In this document: piece by piece, positions 26,465 to 37,319 of the stretch
Layout: each line of letters opens with the position of its first letter
How positions within the stretch are numbered: the first letter of the stretch is position 1
DNA from: Eledone cirrhosa
Taxonomy: Eukaryota
DNA: 64,000 nt
Direction: 5' to 3'
Assembly (NCBI GenBank): GCA_964016885.1
Contig: OZ024740.1
Span: forward strand, 90,272,001 to 90,336,000
Made by a program: the position numbers and the translations under genes
Notes under the pieces: model-generated
Databases searched by the model: none
The model's input: only the letters and a program-made list of their open reading frames with translations
Told to the model about the DNA's origin: nothing

Positions 26465-27424
26465 AATTATTGTGTAAAGTGCTCAGGTACACTACAACTC
26501 GTGAAAGGTGTATGTATAGTACATAGAATAATACACAAATATCAGGGAAGTACATGTGTGTATGTGTTAGCTGTATTGTTGGCGGATCTCGGGAAGCATG
26601 GAGGCCTTAAAAGATGCAGTGTCTCGACACCCAACAACTGATGCAGGTAGTTTGTTCCATGCTTCAGCAACTCTGAGCGTGAAAAAATGTTTCCGAAAGT
26701 CATGGGAACTGTGCTGTGTTCTTATTTTGTAGGCATGTCCACGTGTGTTAGACACATGAAAATCAAAAAGGTACTCAGGGTTGTTGTTGGCAACATGGTT
26801 AACAATGTTGTGGGTGTTTACCAAGTCAGTTGCCAGGCGTCAGAGCTTCAACGAATCTATGCCCAGGGAAGCAAGGCGCTCAGAGTATGGTAGGTGCCTG
26901 ATGGAGCGTATTCACTTGGTTGCACGTCTCTGAACATTTTCCAGGCGGTCAAAGTTCTGAGCAAGATAGGGGTTCCAGACTGGTGATGCAAATTCTAAGT
27001 GTGGTCGCACCATAGCCATGTACAGCCTTAAATAGATATCTGAAGAGCGGCTGACAAAGGTCTTGCTGAGTGATGCTAAGACACTCTCGGCCCTCTTGAC
27101 ACTTTTAGAGACGTGCTTCGTCCAACGCAAATCGCTGCTGACCGTAATACCCAGATCACTTTCACAAGAAGACTTCTTGATATTAGTGCTGTGGAGGGAG
27201 TATCTGGACGCTGGGTTTTTACTCCCAAAATGCATGGTGGTGCACTTGTCCACAGCTAGCTTGAGTTGCCAGTCTGAGATCCATTGTTGCATTGTGTCCA
27301 GGTCAGACTGCAAGCAAGATCTATAGTGTTCAGGATCTGTCCTTTTTATCTCAAGGTACAGCTTGATGTCGTCTGCGTACTTTAGTACTGTGGCATTCTT
27401 TAAGTTGGCATCTATGTCATTATG
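26429..27424 (-). mobile_element. CR1-clade LINE 3' fragment with (ATT)n tail
   Basis: LKYADDIKLY, LQSDLD..W..DWQLKL..DKC, DLGITVSSDL, LYMAMVRPHLEFASPVWNP, LENVQRRATK, TRGHAYK, RKHFFTLRVAEAWNKLP. Short 3' UTR, then (ATT)n. Confidence 0.93.
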
Positions 27425-27872
27425 TGCCTCTGTGCCTGTATGGAAGTGTATGTGTATAGATATATGAGTGTGTGCGTGTATGCATGTGTATGTGTGATGG
27501 TAGGGGATAGGTGTATATATATATATATGTGTGTGTGTATGCTTATAAATGTGTGTGTTTATGTATATACATACATAAATTTAGCTGCTTACCCCCGCGC
27601 TGTCTATCCGTTTAGAAGCTTGTCAGAGCGTAGGTGTGTGTGTTGACATATAAGAGTAACTATGTATTTGACCGTTTGACGCCCACCGCTTTACAGTGAC
27701 TGACTGATCATTGAGCTATAATAGACATAATTCTGAATTAAAAGGAATCCAGAGACTATGCATCAGAGGGGGAGCATAATATCTATTTTTAGATTTAAAT
27801 TAGAACTGTATTTCTCGCCCTACCACAGCTGATACATAAATGTAAATATACATACGTAAACACACACGCACG

Positions 27873-27915
<43 letters not shown>

Positions 27916-28059
27916 ACACACACGCGCGTGCGCACACACATACGCACACACACATACACGCACACATATATATACGAATGTGTTTATAGTATATTTGATA
28001 ATATACTGTATGTTTATTTAAAAACATTTTGAAGAACATTCGGCAAAAACAAAGGTAAG

Positions 28060-28102
28060 TAACCGACAGCTGTTTCTCGCTCGTTAGCGGTTATCAATAT
28101 TG
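28060..28102 (-). ncRNA. Hammerhead ribozyme-like motif, U3:A8 variant, weak stem I
   Basis: Minus strand: caata TTGATAA c cgct-aacg-agcg a GAAAC agct GTC ggtta. Stem III is palindromic (acagctgt). Confidence 0.5.
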
Positions 28103-28321
28103 CATATCCCTTTGCTTCTGACGAGACTTAAAGAAGCTGGATTCTTGTAGAATTCCAGTGATGATTAAGAGGTGATTAAACAGAGCAGTTGCCGGTCCAT
28201 CAACAATTAGGAATTAGAATCAGTGCTCTGAAATAGCAATGAATGTATGAATGTATGTATAGTATATTTGATAATACACTGTATGTTTATTTTAAAACAA
28301 TTTGAAAACCATTCACTATGA

Positions 28322-28359
<38 letters not shown>

Positions 28360-28402
28360 TATAAATTACACATGTATCAAAGTTATGTTCAAATCATTTA
28401 AT

Positions 28403-28449
28403 TGCTGACAATTGTTTCTTCCAAACTTTAATTTGGAGTTATCGGAGCA
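28403..28449 (-). ncRNA. Decayed minimal type I hammerhead motif
   Basis: Minus strand: tgct CCGATAA c tccaaa-ttaaag-tttgga a GAAAC aatt GTC agca. All three stems pair, but the core differs from CTGATGA at two positions. Confidence 0.55.
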
Positions 28450-29405
28450 TTATCAATGTGTGTACATATAATTAACCTCCTATTCAACTGAACAATCATA
28501 TAGATACATATATATTGATGTTATGAACGACAGTTTAGTATTTCCAGGGTGTAATGGATGCGACTTATATTATACGAGAATTGTACAATAATTCAAATTC
28601 AAATTCAAATTCAAATTAAAAGCACAGAGTGGAATACATGCGACAGATAATACAAGAGAATAGTCTAGTAATTAAAGAGGCACAGAGAAAGAAGTACATA
28701 TTCAAGCGTGTAGAGATTGCACATGCGTTAGTCATATATATGAAAAGGAAACAAGCATAGGTATTAGGCATATATGAATACTGTATGGCAAGGTATTACA
28801 TAAAATACTTTAAGTGAATATGTTAGTATATTATGGAGGATGTAATGCGATAATAGTTTCTGTAGAGTTCAAATTTGTATGTGTGTAGAATATGAAAGTT
28901 ACTGATTTCCCGTCCATTACATATGTTAAGTTATATTTTAGTTAATGTTTGTATTGAATGTTTTTAGTTAGTTATAGTAATGGATTGTAACTTGGTCTTA
29001 TTGTATTCATATTCATGGATTAGAGTTGTTCTACAGCGAGATTTTCTAACGGTTTAACATCCGGCAGTGGATATAAGATAAAAAATAAAGGGGAGCTAAT
29101 GCGTAAGGGAAGGTAACTAGCACATTAAACTATTTAAAATCTTTGCTCCAATACACAATATAATGTGTCACAATGGAATCCCTTTTACATAATGTCATAT
29201 ATTTATATTTTATTTTAAATACAGTCTTCTCTCTCATAATATATTAAAGGTTTCATTAGATTGTTATCTACCCAAGATATAGAATAATGTATAGATGTTC
29301 TTACATTGAGCTATTTCTCTTACTGGTAATACGGTAGTAATAAATTACTGATCTTTCCTGTTTATAGTTACTTATAGTATAGTATATACAAAACTATAAA
29401 TAGTA

Positions 29406-29476
<71 letters not shown>

Positions 29477-29479
29477 TTT

Positions 29480-29668
29480 AGGGCGGTGGATTGGCAGTAT
29501 CGGTAGAGGGTCGGACGCCATGCTTTCCAGCATAGTTACGTCCCGTTACGATCTGAGTTCAAATCCCGCCGAGGTTGACTTTGCCTTTCATCCTTACGGG
29601 GTCGATAAAATAAAGTACCAGTAATGCACTGGATAATTGCTGGCCTTGTGCCTAAAGTAGAAACAATT
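29480..29668 (+). mobile_element. tRNA-derived SINE, full length, inserted in (ATT)n
   Basis: Near-identical to 25224-25414. Confidence 0.92.
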
Positions 29669-29736
<68 letters not shown>

Positions 29737-29737
<1 letters not shown>

Positions 29738-30392
29738 GGCCTGAAGTATATGATCTTTAATGCGAAGAAATACCTATGATGGCCAGATGATCACTGATAA
29801 CGGATACTCCTGGCTTTTTACTCTATTTTTTAATTCATATGTATCACATCCGCAACAACGCAGCACGCCATTCTTCATCCCTATATGTTTTCCCTTCGCT
29901 GTGACCTGTCTCTTTCTCTTCCCTTACTGCTATCCTATTTCTCTCTCCCCCTCCTCTCTCATTGTACCACTTACTTTCATTCACCCACTCTGCTAGTCAC
30001 CTTCTCTCGGCTAGCCTCTTCCTCACACTTTCACTCATTCACTCTCTGCTACTCTCCATCTCTCACTCCCACCCGTCTGGCCTGTGTGAAATTATTTTCT
30101 CGCTTACACTTCATATGGCTTGGATGTGTCTTTCGTCTTCTCGTCAATGATTCGCCGGATCTTATGCTCACTTGTATCACTGACTTAATTGTTCACCCTT
30201 TACGTTGCCTTACCATCTTGTTTGATTACATTCTCTCTTTCTCCACCCAATTCTTTTTATCCCAATAACTTTATTTAGTTATTGCTCGCGCTGGCCTAAT
30301 GTATATGATCTTTAATGCGATGAAATACCTATGATGGCAAGAAGATCACTGATGACGGATAGCCTGGCTTCTTGCTCTATTTTTTTTATTCA
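29737..30392 (+). repeat. Non-coding element with ~98-bp direct terminal repeats (period 555)
   Basis: tggcct.a.gtatatgatctttaatgcga.gaaatacctatgatggc.aga.gatcactgat.acggata..cctggctt at 29737 and 30292. Flanked by (TA)n on both sides. Confidence 0.75.
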
Positions 30393-30416
30393 TATATATA
30401 TATATACACACACACA

Positions 30417-30529
<113 letters not shown>

Positions 30530-30657
30530 GTAGGAGGTGAGTTTTATTGTAGTACAATAAAGCAATGCCGATATCGGATAAGAAGCACTCTACAGTTTGT
30601 AGGACTGGAGTATACATAATATATAAGAACAAAAGATGGTTAAAGGAGTTCCATGTA

Positions 30658-30724
30658 TTTTATTATGCGCATTTCAAAAACAAATATCATCATGCAATAA
30701 TATTTGTGTTTTCATCAGATAAAA
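30658..30724 (-). ncRNA. Intact minimal type I hammerhead ribozyme
   Basis: Minus strand: ttttat CTGATGA aaacacaaatattat-tgcatg-atgatatttgttttt GAAAT gcgc ATA ataaaa. Stem I is 6 bp, stem II is long and stem III is palindromic (atgcgcat). Confidence 0.8.
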
Positions 30725-31595
30725 CAGGAGGACATGATATGAAGGCTAAAAAACACTTGTGGATAGTTCAGTTTTAAATCAACATATGAGAAGTAGTTTT
30801 AGATTGATGTGTGATATTGGGAAAAATATTTTATTTAGAGGGAGGGGGGGGGGGATGAACAAAATTGGAGGAGATGAGAGTGAAGGTGGAGAGGGAGGAG
30901 TATAATGAGGAAGGATGAGATAGGAGGAGAGATGGGTGATAGAGAGAGAGAGATAGTTTTTATAACTGAGAAAGATATATTGTTTTACATAGAGAGGTTG
31001 AAAACCGTTGGAAGATAATTTATAAATTAAAAGAATTTGAAAATTAACGAAGGGAAAAATATGTGCGAAGAAGGAGAGGGAGTTAATATGTATTGAGAAT
31101 ATTATTCTCAATACATATTAACTTAAATGTAAGTATGCATGTATACGTACGTACATACATATACGTTCATATACAGCCGAGATGCTGACTTTGAGTCCCA
31201 ACCCTTTCTCTAGTCAGCCATTTCATTTGGCGAGGTTAAAATCGTACACCCCGCCCTCACTCGCGCCTGTGCTGTCCACCGCTACACCACCCAACCACAT
31301 GTCACCGTACTCCCACCCACCGTCTCTCCTTCCCCATCACCTACCACATTCCACCTACCCCTCCACTGTACGTCTGTATACATATATGTATGTACGTATA
31401 CATGCATACTTACATTTAAGTAAGTGCCATACTAAGAGTGAGAAATGAAATTTCGTTTTCATTTTGTTTCAATTTATCGTTTTCGGTATGCCTGGCCGAT
31501 TTAACTCACTCAATATGCAAATTAGGCTGCTCAGCCGTTAATTTTCATAAGGAAAGTATATACTTTCGAACGTTCAACTATCTGGCAGATGGGTA

Positions 31596-31640
31596 AACGG
31601 TGCTGATGATAGCTAACAAGCTTGAAACTAGTACATCGTT
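31596..31640 (+). ncRNA. Type I hammerhead ribozyme, copy 1 of 6
   Basis: aacggtg CTGATGA t agct-aaca-agct t GAAAC ta GTA catcgtt. Predicted cleavage after A31633. Confidence 0.82.
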
Positions 31641-32066
31641 CCTGTGTCAGTGTTGAACAAAAAGGTGACGTGGTTGCTTAACACCGTACGGCATAAATTC
31701 AGGCTGTTCAGTTTGTTTACAAACGAACAAAGCGACGTTATAATAAGCGCCGCTAAACTGATACGTGCATATATGTATGTGTACCTGTATGCATATGTAT
31801 ATATATATGTATATATATATATATATGTGCATGCTACTGTACGTCTGTATACATATATGTATGTACGTATACATGCATACTTACATTTAAGTAAGTGCCA
31901 TACTAAGAGTGAGAAATGAAATTTCGTTTTCATTTTGTTTCAATTTATCGTTTTCGGTATGCCTGGCCGATTTAACTCACTCAATATGCAAATTAGGCTG
32001 CTCAGCCGTTAATTTTCATAAGGAAAGTATATACTTTCGAACGTTCAACTATCTGGCAGATGGGTA

Positions 32067-32111
32067 AACGGTGCTGATGATAGCTAACAAGCTTGAAACT
32101 AGTACATCGTT
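32067..32111 (+). ncRNA. Type I hammerhead ribozyme, copy 2 of 6
   Basis: Identical 45-nt motif. Confidence 0.82.
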
Positions 32112-32540
32112 CCTGTGTCAGTGTTGAACAAAAAGGTGACGTGGTTGCCTTAACACCGTATGGCATAAATTCAGGCTGTTCAGTTTGTTTACAAACGAAC
32201 AAAGCGACGTTATAATAAGCGCCGCTAAACTGATACGTGCATATATGTATGTGTACCTGTATGCATATGTATATATATATGTATATATATATATATATAT
32301 GTGCATGCTACTGTACGTCTGTATACATATATGTATGTACATATACATGCATACTTACATTTAAGTAAGTGCCATACTAAGAGTGAGAAATGAAATTTCG
32401 TTTTCATTTTGTTTCAATTTATCGTTTTCGGTATGCCTGGCCGATTTAACTCACTCAATATGCAAATTAGGCTGCTCAGCCGTTAATTTTCATAAGGAAA
32501 GTATATACTTTCGAACGTTCAACTATCTGGCAGATGGGTA

Positions 32541-32585
32541 AACGGTGCTGATGATAGCTAACAAGCTTGAAACTAGTACATCGTT
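32541..32585 (+). ncRNA. Type I hammerhead ribozyme, copy 3 of 6
   Basis: Identical 45-nt motif. Confidence 0.82.
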
Positions 32586-33018
32586 CCTGTGTCAGTGTTG
32601 AACAAAAAGGTGACGTGGTTGCCTTAACACCGTATGGCATAAATTCAGGCTGTTCAGTTTGTTTACAAACGAACAAAGCGACGTTATAATAAGCGCCGCT
32701 AAACTGATACGTGCATATATGTATGTGTACCTGTATGCATATGTATATATATATGTATATATATATATATATATATATGTGCATGCTACTGTACGTCTGT
32801 ATACATATATGTATGTACGTATACATGCATACTTACATTTAAGTAAGTGCCATACTAAGAGTGAGAAATGAAATTTCGTTTTCATTTTGTTTCAATTTAT
32901 CGTTTTCGGTATGCCTGGCCGATTTAACTCACTCAATATCCAAATTAGGCTTCTCAGCCGTTAATTTTCATAAGGAAAGTATATACTTTCGAACGTTCAA
33001 CTATCTGGCAGATGGGTA

Positions 33019-33063
33019 AACGGTGCTGATGATAGCTAACAAGCTTGAAACTAGTACATCGTT
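33019..33063 (+). ncRNA. Type I hammerhead ribozyme, copy 4 of 6
   Basis: Identical 45-nt motif. Confidence 0.82.
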
Positions 33064-33227
33064 CCTGTGTCAGTGTTGAACAAAAAGGTGACGTGGTTGC
33101 CTTAACACCGTATGGCATAAATTCAGGCTGTTCAGTTTGTTTACAAACGAACAAAGCGACGTTATAATAAGCGCCGCTAAACTGATACGTGCATATATGT
33201 ATGTGTACCTGTATGCATATGTATATA

Positions 33228-33271
<44 letters not shown>

Positions 33272-33508
33272 CATGCTACTGTACGTCTGTATACATATAT
33301 GTATGTACGTATACATGCATACTTACATTTAAGTAAGTGCCATACTAAGAGTGAGAAATGAAATTTCGTTTTCATTTTGTTTCAATTTATCGTTTTCGGT
33401 ATGCCTGGCCGATTTAACTCAATCAATATGCAAATTAGGCTGCTCAGCCGTTAATTTTCATAAGGAAAGTATATACTTTCGAACGTTCAACTATCTGGCA
33501 GATGCGTA

Positions 33509-33553
33509 AACGGTGCTGATGATAGCTAACAAGCTTGAAACTAGTACATCGTT
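33509..33553 (+). ncRNA. Type I hammerhead ribozyme, copy 5 of 6
   Basis: Identical 45-nt motif. Confidence 0.82.
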
Positions 33554-33962
33554 CCTGTGTCAGTGTTGAACAAAAAGGTGACGTGGTTGCCTTAACACCG
33601 TATGGCATAAATTCAGGCTGTTCAGTTTGTTTACAAACGAACAAAGCGACGTTTTAATAAGCGCCGCTAAACTGATACGTGCATATATGTATGTGTACCT
33701 GTATGCATATGTATATATATATGTATATATATATATATATGTGCATGCTACTGTACGTCTGTATACATATATGTATGTACGTATACATGCATACTTACAT
33801 TTAAGTAAGAAATGAAATTTCGTTTTCATTTTGTTTCAATTTATCGTTTTCGGTATGCCTGGCCGATTTAACTCACTCAATATGCAAATTAGGCTGCTCA
33901 GCCGTTAATTATCATAAGGAAAGTATATACTTTCGAACGTTCAACTATCTCGCAGATGGGTA

Positions 33963-34007
33963 AACGGTGCTGATGATAGCTAACAAGCTTGAAACTAGTA
34001 CATCGTT
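33963..34007 (+). ncRNA. Type I hammerhead ribozyme, copy 6 of 6
   Basis: Identical 45-nt motif. Confidence 0.82.
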
Positions 34008-34247
34008 CCTGTGTCAGTGTTGAACAAAAAGGTGACGTGGTTGCCTTAACACCGTATGGCATAAATTCAGTCTGTTCAGTTTGTTTACAAACGAACAAAG
34101 CGACGTTATAATAAGCGCCGCTAAACTGATACGTGCATATATGTATGTGTACCTGTATGCATATGTATATATATATGTATATATATATATATATGTGCAT
34201 GCTACTGTACGTCTGTATACATATATGTATGTACGTATACATGCATA

Positions 34248-34313
<66 letters not shown>

Positions 34314-34317
<4 letters not shown>

Positions 34318-35593
34318 CACCGCCATCGACCCCTCCCACCGCTCCCTCGCCACCTTCGCCCTCTTCAAACCGACCGACTCCGACTCCTACCTCGAATTCA
34401 CCTCCTTCCACCCTACACACACTAAACACTCTACTTCCTACTCCCAACTCATCCGGATCCGACGCCTCTGCAGCCGAGATGCTGACTTTGAGTCCCAACC
34501 CTTTCTCTAGTCAGCCATTTCATTTGGCGAGGTTAAAATCGTACACCCCGCCCTCACTCGCGCCTGTGCTGTCCACCGCTACACCGCCCAACCACATGTC
34601 ACCTTACTCCCACCCACCGTCTCTCCTTCCCCATCACCTACCACATTCCACCCTACCCCTCCACCGCACCATCCTCAGTCTCTTCCGACGCTTCTAGTCC
34701 GACCTTCCACATCCCCCATCTTCACATATCCACCCCTCCCATCCTTCAAACGCGCACGCAATATCCGCATCCTCCTCGCCCACAGTTCCCTACCCTCCAA
34801 TCCACGCCCCCCCCCCCTCCGGTTCACATCCCTCCTCCAGGCCTCGTTGCCACACTTGCCCCCACATTACCAACACCACCAACTTCAATGGTCCCAACGG
34901 CCACTCTCTCTCTGTCCGGCACACCTTCCGCTGCACCTCCTACAACCTAGTCTATGGACTTCGCTGCACGGAGTGCAGCCCAACCTACATCGGACAGAGT
35001 GGACGTCGCCTGGCGGACCGTTTCACGGAACACCTCCGGGATGTTCGCCTTGGCGGGTGTTCCCCGATCGCCCGCGACTTTCGCTCCCCTGGACATTCCG
35101 TCCACCACCTCAGAGTCTGTGACCTACTGCAATGCCATGGAACACCCGCCACCCCCTCACGGTCGAACAACGCACCATCTTCACCCTCCAGACCCACACC
35201 ACCGGCCTGACCTCCCCACCCCTATTCCTTTAGCCTTCGACCGCACATCCTTCTCCCCACGCATTCCCCACTAACACATCTAACACACTTCCCCTTTTCA
35301 CCTCTCCACCCCCTTGGCTCATCCCACAACTAACAATAATAACACACACAACCCACCCCTCAGCCCTCCCCCAACTGACAATACTAACACCCCCTCCCCC
35401 TAACACACTCACACCCACCTGAACATATATACACGCATCTCTCCAGCCATCCACTCCATAACATGAAAAATATCCAGCAAATCTTCCCACGCTCGACGGA
35501 ACTACCTCAGGAAATTACCCACAAACATACACTCACATATATCAAAGATTGCGTTTCGTTTTGTTTTGGCCACCAACGAATTACATCTCGCTG

Positions 35594-35636
<43 letters not shown>

Positions 35637-36392
35637 CCTGTGGGGCGCGCGCCCCACATCTCCCCACTTCCGACCACCACAACCAATGGATTACACACCA
35701 CCGCTCATCGTTCCAGCTATCCACTCCATAACATGAAAAATATCTGGCAGCTCTTAGCACACTCCTCGGAACTGCCTTAGGGACTTACCCACGTACATAC
35801 ACTCACAATCTTTTTTCGAACCCCGCCACCTACATCCACACCACGTATAAACACAAACACATACGTGCGTACCACCACATATACACACTCAACCTCCGGA
35901 ATCCACACGTACCCTCCCTCACCCTGACCTCTTTCCTTCTACACCGACTTACACCCTACCCTACGCACACACCTGTTCCTGAACATGGAACCTCATTCTT
36001 CCTCCAACTCTCACATACACACGCTCACGTACACCTACACACAAACACAAACACCACCTTCAGCCTTCCCCACTTCGACCCCACCGCCTCCCTCTCACAA
36101 CTCCACCCGCCACCACCCATACACACCTCACACCCTTCCAGCACTTGTTCATCTTATTGTTTATTCTTATGTTTATTTTTACGTTTATTTTTATTTTTAT
36201 TTGTTCTCCTTCCCCTTTTTTTATAAATGTATTTCCACATACCCTCGGAACTCTCTTCCTAACGTATTTACTCCTGAAGAAGGGTTTGTGCCCGAAACGT
36301 ACCCCCCTCTCCCCCACACACACACTCTCAAGAGCGTGAACCTAATAAACCTTTATTTGTCTGCTTCTGTTTTGTTCCGTTCTAAATTTGCA
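34314..36392 (+). mobile_element. Penelope-like element (Neptune-like) 3' fragment: RT thumb, Cys motif, GIY-YIG, 3' UTR
   Basis: [30 protein letters not shown], then RPRCHTCPHI and FRCTSYNLVYGLRCTECSPTYIGQSGRRLADRFTEHLRDVR. HHR core CTGAAGA-a-ggg-tttgtg-ccc-GAAACGTA at 36274-36301, then AATAAA. Confidence 0.87.
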
Positions 36393-36418
36393 CTATATAT
36401 ATATATTATTTTTTTTCG

Positions 36419-37033
36419 TTAGAAATTCTCCGAATCTCTAACATTTTGTAAAGCGAAATTGCCGGTAATAGCACTATGAATGGGTTAATATTTGAATCAT
36501 TTATTAACATTTTTTTAAAAGAATTGTTTAATGTTTGTTTCTTCTGCTCATGTTAATTTTTATGGTTCTGGTATCTCGAATTAGTACCATAGAACACCAG
36601 TTATATTATAGACACACTATATATCTCTATGGGTACTTACTTCTCAGAGAGATATTTACCTCATTTAATGAATTGTCCAATCTATGTCGAGAAAAAAGTT
36701 CGTTGATGCTTACTGCTATTTTTTAGCAGGATAGCCATCAACGTGTCTGTAATATTTCCCGCGTTTTCTAGTGGCCAGTTCATGTGTGGGTCATTTTAAC
36801 GACCATACTCATACTAGCTGGTAGTTGGCAAAATATTTGCAGGCTGTGGGACTTAGTCCTATTGTATGGAAATAGCTATCAGATGAACTTTACTTGTCCG
36901 TTAGAAATTCTCCGTATCGCTAACCTTTTGTAAAACGAAACCGCCGGTAATAGCATTATGAACAGGTAAATATTTGAATCATTTTTAAATTTAAAAAAAA
37001 ATAATTGTTTAATGTTTGTTTGTTCTGCTCATC

Positions 37034-37037
<4 letters not shown>
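36419..37037 (+). repeat. Diverged direct repeats of ~135 bp (period 482), i.e. ~1.3 monomers
   Basis: ttagaaattctccg.atc.ctaac.ttttgtaaa.cgaaa..gccggtaatagca.tatgaa at 36419 and 36901. Confidence 0.75.
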
Positions 37038-37122
<85 letters not shown>

Positions 37123-37127
37123 GTGTG

Positions 37128-37215
<88 letters not shown>

Positions 37216-37261
37216 GAAATGACAGGAGGCTGGACTTGTGTAAATCCTTGAAAGGTTTATT

Positions 37262-37319
37262 ATGCTATGATCATTTCAATGACCGGGTTCCGTATGAATC
37301 CGGTGATATGATCAGGTAC
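37262..37319 (-). ncRNA. Hammerhead motif of unit 1 (G8 mutated)
   Basis: Minus strand: gtac CTGATCA ..accgg..ccggt.. GAAAT gatc ATA gcat. Confidence 0.5.

Larger units (their letters stand above)
31365..34250 (+). repeat. Tandem array of ~6.1 monomers (454-490 bp), each with a hammerhead ribozyme: non-LTR retrozyme-like element
   Basis: CTGATGA cores at 31603, 32074, 32548, 33026, 33516 and 33970 (periods 471, 474, 478, 490, 454). Monomers differ mainly in an internal (TA)n, one ~18-bp deletion and a few substitutions. Confidence 0.9.

Noticed and set aside
31365-34250. CRISPR-like or coding interpretation of the regular array (repeated short ORFs in the track)
   Set aside because: Whole monomers repeat with no unique spacers, there are no cas genes, and the DNA is eukaryotic. 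The ORFs change frame with (TA)n length.
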